64,000 bases of DNA from positions 11,173 through 75,172 of the forward strand of contig CAXMQQ010000084.1 in NCBI GenBank assembly GCA_964195545.1, written 5' to 3'. Shown in pieces: positions 29,491 through 39,452 of this stretch. The position numbers were made by a program, and so were the translations under genes. The notes beneath the pieces were generated by a model that saw nothing but the letters and a program-made list of their open reading frames with translations, was not told the origin of the DNA and did no database searches. How positions within the stretch are numbered: the stretch's first letter is position 1; every line of letters starts with the position of its first letter. The DNA comes from an uncultured Acidimicrobiia bacterium. GTDB taxonomy: Bacteria; Actinomycetota; Acidimicrobiia; Spongiisociales; UBA5794.

Positions 29491-29668
29491 GGTCGGACCT
29501 CCTAGTGGGAACGCTCGATAGCTGAACGGTAGTAGTGCCGGGCGATCGGCGATCGGTGTCGATCATCGCTACTGCGCAATCTGCCGGGCGACTGATCGCG
29601 CATGCTTGACTGGAGATCGGGTCAGATGAACCGCCGCCGGTCGTCCTCAAACCCGAAAGGACCCGCCA

Positions 29669-31003
29669 ATGGACAAGACACTCACTACGGATGACATTGC
29701 CCGGATAGCCGAGGAGGCATACGTCTTCTGTTTCCCGATGCTGATGGGCTACCGCTATGGGTTCGCGACCTTCTTCGCCCCGTCGCTTCCGTCGTACCGG
29801 GGACCTGTCAATGAGATGCATGGGGACGTCGCGACGCTCGATCACACGTTCAGGGACGTCATCACACCGAACGCGGACACGCCCTATTCGATGGCCGTCC
29901 TCGACCTACGCGCCGAACCGGCCGTCCTCAACGTTCCCGACGTCCCGAGTCGGTACTACGTCATGCAGTTCGAAGACCTCTACGGCACAAACCCCCACTA
30001 CGTAGGTTCCCGCGAGACCGGATCTCATGCCGGCACGTATCTAGCCGTGGGACCGCGATGGACGGGCACGATTCCGGGCGGTTTCACCGACGTACTTCGC
30101 TTCGAGACTGACCTGGTGTTCATCATTGGTCGGACACAACTCCTCGGACCAGACGACGTCGATGACGTGGGCGCAGTCATGAATGGCTACCGACTTGAGG
30201 GGCTCTCAGAACATCTTCGCAACGAACCTGTCGAGGCAGACTCCTTCGAGTGGCCCGTGTGGGACGACGCTGCGTCTCGGGATGAGCGGTTCATCGGATA
30301 CGTCAATCGCCTGCTCGAGTGGTGCCAGCCGCCGCACCCGGCCGAGGTCGAGTTGATGGAACGGTTCTCACTGATCGGAATCGGGGCAGGAATGCCATTC
30401 GACACGGCACTGCTCGATGACGAGACCCGCAATGCGATTCTCGCAGGTGTGGGTGCTGCCCGGGATGCGATCGCATCCAAGGCCTCGAATCTCGGGGGGA
30501 AGATCAACGGCTGGGCGGCCGTCGAAGCGCTCGGCAGCCGCGAGTTCTTCGCGGGCGACTATCTGCTGCGAGCCGCGGGTGCCATGGCGGGATGGGGTGG
30601 GAACGACAGAATCGAGGCGGTCTATCCGCTGACCCGGGAAGACAGTGACGGGCGGTCGCTCGATGGTGATCACCAGTACCGGCTCACCTTCTCAAAGTCA
30701 CCCCCGGCCAAGGCGTTCTGGTCGGTCACGATGTACGACACCTCGTACGACGGCGTCGCGGGCTACCTGGTGGACAACCCGATTGGGCGCTACCTGATCA
30801 ACTCGACCACGCCGGGACTCGTCCACGGCGATGACGGTTCTCTCACCATCTTCATCCAGCGAGACGAGCCCGAGACGACCGAAGGCAGAGCCAACTGGCT
30901 CCCCTCACCGGAGGGGCAGCTATATCTCGCGATGCGAATCTACTGGCCCGAGGATGCGGCTCTCAACGGCACGTGGAGACCACCACCGATCGTGCGGTTG
31001 TAG
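29669..31003 (+). CDS. DUF1254/DUF1214 domain-containing protein
   Basis: Two-domain architecture, 444 aa. N-terminal AEEAYVFCFPM and a DUF1214-like C-terminus. Confidence 0.7.
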   Translation: MDKTLTTDDIARIAEEAYVFCFPMLMGYRYGFATFFAPSLPSYRGPVNEMHGDVATLDHTFRDVITPNADTPYSMAVLDLRAEPAVLNVPDVPSRYYVMQFEDLYGTNPHYVGSRETGSHAGTYLAVGPRWTGTIPGGFTDVLRFETDLVFIIGRTQLLGPDDVDDVGAVMNGYRLEGLSEHLRNEPVEADSFEWPVWDDAASRDERFIGYVNRLLEWCQPPHPAEVELMERFSLIGIGAGMPFDTALLDDETRNAILAGVGAARDAIASKASNLGGKINGWAAVEALGSREFFAGDYLLRAAGAMAGWGGNDRIEAVYPLTREDSDGRSLDGDHQYRLTFSKSPPAKAFWSVTMYDTSYDGVAGYLVDNPIGRYLINSTTPGLVHGDDGSLTIFIQRDEPETTEGRANWLPSPEGQLYLAMRIYWPEDAALNGTWRPPPIVRL

Positions 31004-31007
31004 CGAT

Positions 31008-31388
31008 TCAGCGCACGGCGATCGTCTCGATCTCGACGACGAAGCCACCGGGGAGAGCCGAGACTTCAACCGTCGAACGTGCCGGCCTCGCATCGCCGAC
31101 GTATTCGCCGTACACGGCGTTCACGGCTGCGAAATCGTTCATGTCGGTGACGAAGATCGTCGTCTTGACAATGTCGTCGTAGCTGAGCCCGACGTCGCCG
31201 AGGACCGCACCGATGTTGCGCATCACCCGCACCGTCTGTTCGGTCACGCCGCCATCAACAGCGGTGCCCGTAGCCGGGTCGATGCCGACCATACCGGACA
31301 CGAAGACGAGCCCTTGTGCTTCGGTGATGATGCTGTACGGACCGAGTGGCTTGGGCCCGCTCGGTGCATCGTGAATCTGCTTCGGCAT
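31008..31388 (-). CDS. ridA: RidA family protein (reactive intermediate/enamine deaminase)
   Basis: 126 aa. GPYS...GLVFVSGMVG...TTIFVTDMNDFAAVNAVY...EVSALPGGFVVEIE. Confidence 0.85.
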   Translation of the reverse strand: MPKQIHDAPSGPKPLGPYSIITEAQGLVFVSGMVGIDPATGTAVDGGVTEQTVRVMRNIGAVLGDVGLSYDDIVKTTIFVTDMNDFAAVNAVYGEYVGDARPARSTVEVSALPGGFVVEIETIAVR

Positions 31389-31430
31389 GGTGCCTCCCGG
31401 CTCGCTCGGGAGACAGTCTATGAAGGTGCT

Positions 31431-31772
31431 CTAGCCGCGTTTCCCACAAGTGCAGGAGTGGCCTGTTTGGTTCGGATTGTCGATTGCAAAACCCGAACCC
31501 TGGAGACCATCGTCCTTGAAATCGATCGTGGCGCCGGCGACATGGCCGACGCTCGATTCGTCGATCAAGACCTTGAATGTTCCGGCGTCGACGACGGAGT
31601 CGGTCTCCGTGACGTCAGCATCGAAGTACATGTCGTACTTGTAGCCAGAGCAGCCTGCCGGCATGGCTTCGAGCCGAAGTGCGAGTGCTGTGTTGCCTTC
31701 GTCTCTGAGCAGTTCCCGTACCTTGTCGATGGCAGCATCGGTGAGTGCCACCGGGGTCATTTCGAGCGTCAT
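31431..31772 (-). CDS. HesB/IscA-family iron-sulfur cluster insertion protein
   Basis: GCSGYKY and C-terminal SCTCG motifs. 113 aa. Divergent from mrp. Confidence 0.75.
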   Translation of the reverse strand: MTLEMTPVALTDAAIDKVRELLRDEGNTALALRLEAMPAGCSGYKYDMYFDADVTETDSVVDAGTFKVLIDESSVGHVAGATIDFKDDGLQGSGFAIDNPNQTGHSCTCGKRG

Positions 31773-31862
31773 TGAACGTTGCCTCCTCCGCTTGTCGCAA
31801 TTCGATTCTAACTACTACCGCGGTGTTGGGAATAGGCAATTCTTGGAGATAGCATCGGCCGG

Positions 31863-32999
31863 GTGACGACACGAGACGACATCGAGGCGGCGCTTCGAGG
31901 TGTGATCGACCCCGAACTGAACGCCGACATCATGGAACTCGGCATGGTGGGCGACATCACCGTCGATGGGCCCCATGTGTCTATCGGCGTCGCTCTCACG
32001 ATTGCTGCGTGTCCAATGCGCGACCAGATCGAGAACGATGTTGTGCGCAAGGTCACTGCCATTCCGGGCATCGAAGCCGTCTCGGTCAACGTGACAGCGA
32101 TGAACGGCAAGCAGCGATCAGAACTGATGGGCAAGGTCAGGTTGCGTGCTCGAGAGAGTGCCGAGCCGACGATGATCAGTCCACAGACCCGCGTCATCGC
32201 GGTCTCGAGCGGCAAGGGTGGAGTCGGGAAGTCGTCGCTCAGCGTGAACCTCGCTCTTGCGATATCGGCGCGCGGGCACAGCACGGGTCTCCTCGATGCT
32301 GACATCTGGGGTTTCTCGGTTCCGAGGATGCTTGCCTCCGTAGACGCTCGCCTTGAAGCCGGCGCCGACCGCAAGATCCGTCCGCTCCTAGTCGCCGGGC
32401 TTGAAGTCGTCTCCACGGGCCTCATGATCGACGACGAAGACACCGCCCTCATGTGGCGTGGCCTGATGCTGTCGAAAGCCCTCGAGCAGTTCCTGACCGA
32501 CGTCGCATGGAGCCCCGACCTCGGGTATCTCATCATCGACATGCCTCCCGGCACCGGTGACGTGCAGATGGCGCTTTCGCGTATGCTCCCGCAGGCTGAG
32601 ATGGTGGTCGTGACGACCCCGCAGCGAGCCGCACAGAAGGTTGCCGCGCGGGTCGCAGACATGGCCCGTCGATCCCACATGCCCGTCGTCGGTGTCATCG
32701 AGAACATGGCCGGTTTCACGACGGAAGACGGACGCCACTACGACCTGTTCGGCGTCGGTGGCGGTTCAGAACTAGCTGATCAACTCGGCGTCCCACTCCT
32801 CGGACAGATCCCGCTGGATCCGAACGTTGTGAACGGCGGCGACGAAGGTCGCCCTGTCGTCACCGCGGATCCTGGCGGCCCCGCCGGCACGGTGATCCAC
32901 TCGGTCGCCGATCGATTGTTGGAGTTGGTCCCTCCAGCTGCCGCCGACACCTGCACGGCTCGCATCGCCGTCCTCGAGGAGCAATTGGCTGGGATGTAG
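31863..32999 (+). CDS. mrp: Mrp/ApbC family Fe-S cluster carrier ATPase with N-terminal DUF59
   Basis: N-terminal MIP18/DUF59 domain, then P-loop SGKGGVGKSS and the CxxC-containing ParA-type fold. Confidence 0.9.
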   Translation: MTTRDDIEAALRGVIDPELNADIMELGMVGDITVDGPHVSIGVALTIAACPMRDQIENDVVRKVTAIPGIEAVSVNVTAMNGKQRSELMGKVRLRARESAEPTMISPQTRVIAVSSGKGGVGKSSLSVNLALAISARGHSTGLLDADIWGFSVPRMLASVDARLEAGADRKIRPLLVAGLEVVSTGLMIDDEDTALMWRGLMLSKALEQFLTDVAWSPDLGYLIIDMPPGTGDVQMALSRMLPQAEMVVVTTPQRAAQKVAARVADMARRSHMPVVGVIENMAGFTTEDGRHYDLFGVGGGSELADQLGVPLLGQIPLDPNVVNGGDEGRPVVTADPGGPAGTVIHSVADRLLELVPPAAADTCTARIAVLEEQLAGM

Positions 33000-33040
33000 A
33001 CGGCGATCAACGAACGGCCGACGACCTCACCGCGGCTTCG

Positions 33041-34381
33041 TTATCGGCAGATGTCGTTCACGATCGTGTAGGGGTTCGCCCAGTCGCCGCCGCCGGGCTG
33101 CCACCCGAGGTGGAGATGTGGGATCCATGACGGCGAGTTGCCGGTCGTGCCCACGTATCCGACCAGATCGCCGGCCGACACGCTCTGACCGCCGGCCAGT
33201 CCATCGGCAAAGGCATCGAGATGGGCGTAGTAGTACACGTCTCCCGAGTTCCCCAGCAGGTAGATAGAGAGCCCGCCGAGCGTGCTGTTCGACAGGCGGT
33301 AGATCCGTCCCGTCTCCATAGCGACGAGCGGTGTCCCCAGCGAAGCCGACATGTCGACACCCTTGTGCGTCCTCCCGCCTGACCGGGGTGCGCCCCACGT
33401 GTCCGAGAAGGACACAGCCCCATCGACTGGACATGCCAGTCCTGAGGTCGATCGCTCCGGCGGAATCGTGGTCGTCGTCGGAGCGACCGTGGTGGTCGTC
33501 GTCGAGGGTTCCGTGGTACCGGTTGCGCCATCATCCGTTGCGAGGGTGGTGGTTGTTGTTGTGGTCGACGTGGTTGTGGTCGACGTGGTTGTGGTCGACG
33601 TGGTTGTGGTCGATGCCGGAGTCTCCGGATTCGTGGTCGTCGTTGTCGTTGTCGTTGGGGCGATCGTTGTCGAGGTCGCTGCGGCAGCAGCTTCAGCGGC
33701 AGCAGCTTCAGCTTCCTCTGCCTCCTTGCGCTTTCTCGCTTCCTCGAGTTCGCGTAGGCGCTTCTCCTCTGCCTCGCGTTGCTTCCGTTCCTCTTCCTGG
33801 CGCTGCCAGGTGGCCTGCAACTCCTGGTACTCCGAGTTCGCTGCATCGAGTTCATCCAACATCTGTGCTGCGATGGCTTCAATCTCTGTTACGAGATCAC
33901 GTTGCAGCGCGAGCGCTTCGTCGAGTTCCTGTACTTGACGGCGATACTCGGCTTCTACGGCCACCCACTCGTCAACGACCCGCAAGTCATGGTTGCTTGC
34001 GACATCGAGGTACGTCCCGCGAATAGGAATGTCGGAGAATGCGGCCGAGCCGAGCACCGTCGAGACGGCACCGTCGGAACCAGCCGTCATGTAGAGCTCA
34101 CGAACGACGTCTTCCGCCGTCACGCGAAGAACGGCAAGGCGCTGCTCGGTCTCCGTGACCTGACTGGCGAGGCCGTGGAGACTCTCTCGAATCTGGATCT
34201 CTTCTGCGACGGAGGCTTCGTAGCGGATGTCGGTCGCCTCGAGCGAAGCGGAGAGTTCGGCGTTCCGATGCCGCGCAGCGTCGAGATCGTCCGGCGTGAC
34301 CTTCGTCTCCTCCGCAGCGAGTGCAGGCGCGGCCAATCCGAGCAGCAAGAGAGCAATGAGGGCGAGTCTTCGTTTCTTCAT
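33041..34381 (-). CDS. M23 family metallopeptidase with N-terminal coiled-coil and Thr-rich linker
   Basis: Signal peptide (MKKRRLALIALLLLGLAAPALA), a long coiled-coil, a TSTTTT repeat linker, and a C-terminal M23 domain (HKGVDM...YYYAHL...HLHLG). ATGA overlap with the upstream MBL gene. Confidence 0.8.
   Translation of the reverse strand: MKKRRLALIALLLLGLAAPALAAEETKVTPDDLDAARHRNAELSASLEATDIRYEASVAEEIQIRESLHGLASQVTETEQRLAVLRVTAEDVVRELYMTAGSDGAVSTVLGSAAFSDIPIRGTYLDVASNHDLRVVDEWVAVEAEYRRQVQELDEALALQRDLVTEIEAIAAQMLDELDAANSEYQELQATWQRQEEERKQREAEEKRLRELEEARKRKEAEEAEAAAAEAAAAATSTTIAPTTTTTTTTNPETPASTTTTSTTTTSTTTTSTTTTTTTLATDDGATGTTEPSTTTTTVAPTTTTIPPERSTSGLACPVDGAVSFSDTWGAPRSGGRTHKGVDMSASLGTPLVAMETGRIYRLSNSTLGGLSIYLLGNSGDVYYYAHLDAFADGLAGGQSVSAGDLVGYVGTTGNSPSWIPHLHLGWQPGGGDWANPYTIVNDICR
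33560..33615. repeat. Tandem 15-nt direct repeats (GTGGTTGTGGTCGAC x ~3.5) encoding the TSTTT linker of the M23 peptidase
   Basis: Visible as GTGGTCGACGTGGTTGTGGTCGACGTGGTTGTGGTCGACGTGGTTGTGGTCGATG on the plus strand. Confidence 0.6.
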
Positions 34382-35160
34382 CTCACGTTCAGTTCGACCA
34401 TCGTGGATGGCCCCGCTTCGCCCGCCGAGAACCATACCAACTCATCGGCGTACAGCTTGCGCAACTGAACGATCACCTGCTGCGTGGCGGCAGCTCTGAG
34501 GTCGATCGGGACGAACCCGTAGACGACGTCAACAAGGTCACCGACGGTTGATGCACCCGCCCTGATGGCCTCGACGATCTCGCGCTCTCTGGCGAGGCGG
34601 TGGTCGATGTACCCGGCGATGACGGCGCCCGCATCATCCATGGACGATCCGTGCCCGGGTTCGATCCGTCGTACTCCGAGGTCCTGAACTCGATAGAGCG
34701 ACTCGAGATAGGAGCAGGCATCTTCCATGATGACGGTCGATCCGCCCATGATGTGGTCGCCGGTGAACAGACGGTCGCCGAGCCGGAAGCACAGATGATC
34801 ATCGGTGTGGCCGGGGGTATGGACCGCCTCGATCGCTGCCCGCCCGACGCGAACAGCGTCGCCATCCGACATTTGAACGTCCGGAGTGAACTCCGGACCC
34901 GGCCGATTGCCATAGACCGGAACACCGAGTCGCTGCGCCAGCGGATTGGAGAGCGGAGCATGATCCGAGTGCGTATGCGTGGCGACGACCGCAACCGGCG
35001 TGCCATCACCGATGGCATCCACGATGGCCAACAGGTGACGATCGATGACGGGACCCGGGTCGATGATGACGACCTCTCCACGATCTGCGACGAGGTAGGT
35101 ATTCGTTCCGGGCCCCGTGTAGATGCCGGGGTTCGGTGCCAGGACAGTCGTGACGATCAT
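34378..35160 (-). CDS. MBL-fold metallo-hydrolase
   Basis: HTHSDHAP (HxHxDH) motif. Downstream His/Asp ligands. 260 aa. Confidence 0.8.
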   Translation of the reverse strand: MIVTTVLAPNPGIYTGPGTNTYLVADRGEVVIIDPGPVIDRHLLAIVDAIGDGTPVAVVATHTHSDHAPLSNPLAQRLGVPVYGNRPGPEFTPDVQMSDGDAVRVGRAAIEAVHTPGHTDDHLCFRLGDRLFTGDHIMGGSTVIMEDACSYLESLYRVQDLGVRRIEPGHGSSMDDAGAVIAGYIDHRLAREREIVEAIRAGASTVGDLVDVVYGFVPIDLRAAATQQVIVQLRKLYADELVWFSAGEAGPSTMVELNVR

Positions 35161-35996
35161 GCGGATCGGAATTCCGGGGGTACGTCCCCACCGTCCGCGA
35201 CGATCTTCAACATCTTGGTCATCAACTCCGGATCCCGCTCCCCCATTGCCGCAGCGTCGAATCCCGGATCGTCCGGCATCAGAATCTCGATTCGATCGCT
35301 GGCGATCGAGAGGCGGGGTTGGATCGGTTCAATCCCGGACTGGACATCGATGTGTCGACGCAGCTGATCGGCAGAATTGAACGAACCGAGAAACTCGACA
35401 ATCTTGCGGGTGGGGAACGCGACGAGCCACGTGCCCGCGTCGGAGCGCTCGAGCACGTCGGTCGGTCGGATCCAGAGGGCGTCGACGAGTTCGTTTCCAT
35501 CGATGGATGGATCGAGATCCGGAGCGATCACTGCTGCGAAGAATCGCGTATCGAATCGGATGGGGAGTGGTTCCGGGGTGATCCAGTTCGCGAAGTACCA
35601 GAGCGCGTTACCGGCGAGTCGCTCGTCGCGTTCAAGTGCGCTCGTGAAGACCTCGGGGCCGGACGGCCGATCCGAGGTGACCATGGCCCCGCTCTCCCAA
35701 AGCCAGAACCCGGTCTCCTCAACGAGTTCGCGCAACGCAGCGGCCCGCCACCGGGCGAGATCCGTGTCCTTCGAGGCGACGCTACGAATCGACGAATCCG
35801 CAGCGTCGTCCTCGTCGACGGCACCACCGGGGAACACCCACGCGCCACCCATGAACCGGGCCGAGGGTGTGCGCCGGACCATGAGCACTTCGATTCCGGG
35901 ATCGGTGTCGCGTACCAGACACACGGTCGACGCTTCACGAAGGGCTCCCGTCAAGGGACGATCGTCCAACGGCTCGCGGCGCGAACCACGTACCAC
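35157..35996 (-). CDS. NUDIX hydrolase (start uncertain; may begin ~35924)
   Basis: Nudix box GGAVDEDD...ALRELVEETG. ATGA overlap with the MBL gene. The annotated N-terminus overlaps the fxsA 3' end. Confidence 0.7.
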   Translation of the reverse strand: MVRGSRREPLDDRPLTGALREASTVCLVRDTDPGIEVLMVRRTPSARFMGGAWVFPGGAVDEDDAADSSIRSVASKDTDLARWRAAALRELVEETGFWLWESGAMVTSDRPSGPEVFTSALERDERLAGNALWYFANWITPEPLPIRFDTRFFAAVIAPDLDPSIDGNELVDALWIRPTDVLERSDAGTWLVAFPTRKIVEFLGSFNSADQLRRHIDVQSGIEPIQPRLSIASDRIEILMPDDPGFDAAAMGERDPELMTKMLKIVADGGDVPPEFRSA

Positions 35997-36331
35997 CGCC
36001 GGATTGCCTCGCGAACGGCGGGAATCAGGAGTAGGAACCCGGCGGCGTCTGTGAGCAGGCCAGGGGTGAGGAGGAACGCTCCGGCGAGGAGGATCATCGC
36101 TCCATGGGCGAGCGAAGTTGCCGGGAAGGCGCCCCGTTCGAACTCGGTTCGGACCGCTCGAATCGTGTCACGCCCCTGCCGGTTGACGAGCCAGGATCCA
36201 ACGAAAGCAGTCACAACCACCAGCCCGATCGTCCACCACCCACCGACGGCCTGGCTGAACGCTATCAAGAGGGCGATCTCCGCTATTGGGACCACCAGGA
36301 ACGCAACGAAGAGTATCCAGCGCAATCGCAT
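35951..36331 (-). CDS. fxsA: FxsA-family cytoplasmic membrane protein
   Basis: Internal ATG (MRLRWILFVAFLVVPIAEIALLIAF...). Two TM helices typical of FxsA. Confidence 0.55.
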   Translation of the reverse strand: MRLRWILFVAFLVVPIAEIALLIAFSQAVGGWWTIGLVVVTAFVGSWLVNRQGRDTIRAVRTEFERGAFPATSLAHGAMILLAGAFLLTPGLLTDAAGFLLLIPAVREAIRRWYVVRAASRWTIVP

Positions 36332-36366
36332 CGAATCGAGGATACCGGTACCGGTAGTCTGCAGTC

Positions 36367-37680
36367 GTGGACCTTCGTGATCTCCCTTCAGTTGATGCAC
36401 TGGCCGGCGACCTCTCGGCCGACTTCGATCTGCCTCTGGCGTTGGTCGTGTCGGTTGCGCGCGATGCGATCGACGAGGCGCGTGATGCCGTCCAATCCGG
36501 GTCTCAGGGAGATCCAAAGCTGGATGCTGTTCGTCGCCTCCGGACGCTCTCGCTGTCTCGCCTACGCCCTGTCGTGAATGCCACCGGCGTGCTGCTCCAC
36601 ACCAACCTGGGCCGCGCGCCCATCGAGGACACGAGTACCCCCTTCTTCAGCAATCTCGAGTTCGATCTCGAGAGCGGTCAGCGTGGCAAGCGTGGCCACT
36701 ACCTCCATCAGTTGATCGCAGCAACTGTCGGCGCGGAAGCGGCGCTCGTTGTGAACAACAACGCCGGTGCGCTCCTCCTCGCTCTGGCTGCTCTCGCCGG
36801 ACGGGACGGCCGCGTTGCTGTGTCGCGCGGCGAACTGATCGAGATCGGCGGATCCTTCCGGCTCCCCGACCTGATGGCTGCATCCGGCGCACACCTCGTG
36901 GAGGTGGGGACAACGAACCGAACGAGGCAGAGTGACTTCATCGACGTTCCAGGAACGGTCGACGCCGTGCTCAAGGTTCATCCGTCGAACTACCGGATCA
37001 AGGGATTCACGGAAGACGTTCCGTTCTCGAAGATGCCCGCCATCGCACGCAACCTGGGTGCGCCGTTCATCGCCGACATCGGGAGCGGTCTCCTTGACGA
37101 GTCCACACCATGGATCGACGGCGGTCCCCCCGGGTGGCTCGTTGGAGAGCCCGCCGTTCGTCAGACCCTCACGCAGGGCGCGGATGTCGTGCTGTTCTCG
37201 GGAGACAAACTCCTGGGCGGACCGCAGGCGGGGATCGTAGCTGGGAAGAGGACCGCCGTGGAACGGTTGGCGAAGCACCCGATCGCCCGCGCCGTCCGTG
37301 TGAACACTTCAACGCTTTCTTCACTGACGGCCGCGTTCGCGGCCTATGCCTCCGGGTCGGCAGCCACCATCCCATTCTGGAAGATGGCGACGGCTCCATT
37401 CGAGGAGATTCGGCGCCGCACCGACGATGCCCTCCAAGCTTCGGGGGCTGCCGGGTCGATCGTCGACGGTGAGGCGCTTCCGGGTGCCGGTTCGGTACCT
37501 GGCCTCACGATCCCCACACCGGTGCTCCAGATCGACGGTGACGAACGAACCTGGCGACTGCTCGCGGATCATGTGCCCCCGGTCATCGCTTCTCGGAGGG
37601 ACGGAGCAACCTACGTGAACCTCCGATCCGTCGCTCCGGATGAGGACTCGATCGTTGCAGCCGCACTGGCCTCCCTCTGA
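36367..37680 (+). CDS. selA: L-seryl-tRNA(Sec) selenium transferase
   Basis: PLP-dependent SelA core (LHTNLGRAP...EFDLESGQRG.RG...NNNAGALLLAL...SGDKLLGGPQAGI). TGATG overlap with selB. Confidence 0.85.
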   Translation: MDLRDLPSVDALAGDLSADFDLPLALVVSVARDAIDEARDAVQSGSQGDPKLDAVRRLRTLSLSRLRPVVNATGVLLHTNLGRAPIEDTSTPFFSNLEFDLESGQRGKRGHYLHQLIAATVGAEAALVVNNNAGALLLALAALAGRDGRVAVSRGELIEIGGSFRLPDLMAASGAHLVEVGTTNRTRQSDFIDVPGTVDAVLKVHPSNYRIKGFTEDVPFSKMPAIARNLGAPFIADIGSGLLDESTPWIDGGPPGWLVGEPAVRQTLTQGADVVLFSGDKLLGGPQAGIVAGKRTAVERLAKHPIARAVRVNTSTLSSLTAAFAAYASGSAATIPFWKMATAPFEEIRRRTDDALQASGAAGSIVDGEALPGAGSVPGLTIPTPVLQIDGDERTWRLLADHVPPVIASRRDGATYVNLRSVAPDEDSIVAAALASL

Positions 37681-39452
37681 TGCCGATCATCGGGACCGCG
37701 GGCCACGTCGACCATGGGAAGTCGACGTTGGTGCAGGCACTCACCGGGAGGGATCCCGACCGGTGGGCGGAGGAGAAGGAGCGAGGGCTGACCATCGACC
37801 TCGGTTTCGCCTGGTCTCGCCTCGGTGACGAGATGGTCGGCTTCGTTGACGTTCCGGGACACGAACGGTTCATCAAGAACATGCTCGCCGGGGTCGGCGG
37901 TCTCGATGTGGCCCTGTTCGTCGTGGCAGCAGACGAGGGGTGGATGCCCCAGTCCGAGGAACACCTTGCCGTCCTCGATCTGCTGGAGGTGCGTGACGGA
38001 GTCATCGCCTTGACACGGATCGATCTTGCCGAACCGGACTTGATCGAGCTCTCCACGATCGACATCGCCGATCATGTGGTGGACACGGTGGCCGAGTCGT
38101 GGCCGGTCGTCGAGGTCTCGGCGACGACCGGCGTCGGTATGGACGATCTCGCCGCATCGCTGACGGCAGCACTCGCCTCCGCCGGCCCGCCGAGGAACCT
38201 CGGGCGACCCCGCATGTGGATCGATCGGGAATTTGGGATCTCCGGCGCTGGCGTCGTCGTCACCGGCACGCTCGTCGACGGTTCTCTCTCTCTTGGTGAC
38301 CGACTGCAATGTTTCCCCGGCGGACCGGTCCGGCTCCGGGGCATGCAATCACACGAGACCGCCCAGGACACACTCGGGCCAGGTACTCGAACGGCAGCGA
38401 ACCTCGTAGGAATCGATCGGAGCGACCTGGATCGAGGGACACTGCTCGCTCCTCCCGATTCGATCGGAATGACCGACCGGTTCCTGGCTCGTCTCAGATT
38501 CCCACCGCGGTCCGAAGATGAGCTCAGCGACCGGGGGGCGTATCACGTTCACGTGGGGACGGCGACGGTCGCGGCACGCATCAGGGTCTTGAAGGACCAA
38601 ACGATTCCGGCGGCGGTCGTGACGACGACTGCACCCATCCCGCTGACCATGGGCGACCGGTTCATCTTGCGAGACACCGGCCGACAGCACATCGTCGCCG
38701 GCGGCACGATCCTCGATCCCAGGCCGAATCGCAGGCCGTCGGCAGGCAGTGTCGCGACTCTCTCCTCAGCAGTCTTCGGAACTCCCTCGGATCGGGCCGA
38801 CGCGCTCGTCGCCGTCCACGAATCGATCGACGTCGACGAGCTTCACCGCTCGTCCGGGGGTGGCACGCCATCGTCGGGAACCGCGATCGGATCTACCTAC
38901 CTTTCTCCCGCCACGTTTGAACAGCGAGGCCGGGATTTGGTGGCCGCCGTCGATGAGTACCACGACCAGTACCCGCTCAGACCAGGTCTGCCGAAATCGG
39001 AAGCGTCCTCACGGTTCGGGGGGAACGCCGCTCTCGTGACGATGCTCGCCGACGTTCTTCCGGATCTCACTGAGGAAGGGCCCGTCCTTCGTCGATCGAC
39101 CTTTGTTCCGGAACTCAGCACAGTCGAAACAGCAGGGTGGGAGGCGATCCGTTCTCTCCTCGCCGACGATCTCGCCGTTCCACGCGCCTCGAGCCTCGAT
39201 ATCTCGAGCGAGGTGGTCCATGCGCTTCTCCGAAGGGGCGACCTTGTTCGAATCGGTGATGATCTCGTGCTTCTACCCGACCAGATGGAGGCGATCACGT
39301 CTGGACTCTCTGCACTGCCGGATGGTTTCACGGTGGCAGCGTTCAGGGACGAATTCGGTCTTGCCCGCCGACATGCGGTGCCCCTTCTCGAGTGGCTCGA
39401 CGCTCACGGTTGGACTCGCCGAGACGGAGATGGGCGTTCGATCAGGCCGTGA
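37680..39452 (+). CDS. selB: Selenocysteine-specific translation elongation factor
   Basis: GTPase G1-G4 motifs (GTAGHVDHGKSTL, DVPGHERF, RIDL) followed by beta-barrel domains and C-terminal winged-helix (SECIS-binding) domains. 590 aa. Confidence 0.9.
   Translation: MPIIGTAGHVDHGKSTLVQALTGRDPDRWAEEKERGLTIDLGFAWSRLGDEMVGFVDVPGHERFIKNMLAGVGGLDVALFVVAADEGWMPQSEEHLAVLDLLEVRDGVIALTRIDLAEPDLIELSTIDIADHVVDTVAESWPVVEVSATTGVGMDDLAASLTAALASAGPPRNLGRPRMWIDREFGISGAGVVVTGTLVDGSLSLGDRLQCFPGGPVRLRGMQSHETAQDTLGPGTRTAANLVGIDRSDLDRGTLLAPPDSIGMTDRFLARLRFPPRSEDELSDRGAYHVHVGTATVAARIRVLKDQTIPAAVVTTTAPIPLTMGDRFILRDTGRQHIVAGGTILDPRPNRRPSAGSVATLSSAVFGTPSDRADALVAVHESIDVDELHRSSGGGTPSSGTAIGSTYLSPATFEQRGRDLVAAVDEYHDQYPLRPGLPKSEASSRFGGNAALVTMLADVLPDLTEEGPVLRRSTFVPELSTVETAGWEAIRSLLADDLAVPRASSLDISSEVVHALLRRGDLVRIGDDLVLLPDQMEAITSGLSALPDGFTVAAFRDEFGLARRHAVPLLEWLDAHGWTRRDGDGRSIRP

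Noticed and set aside
31431-31772. HesB/IscA gene as a candidate HesB-like selenoprotein given the nearby selA/selB
   Set aside because: The ORF is continuous with no in-frame TGA. All candidate positions are Cys (GCSGYKY, SCTCG), and no SECIS-like hairpin is required or seen.
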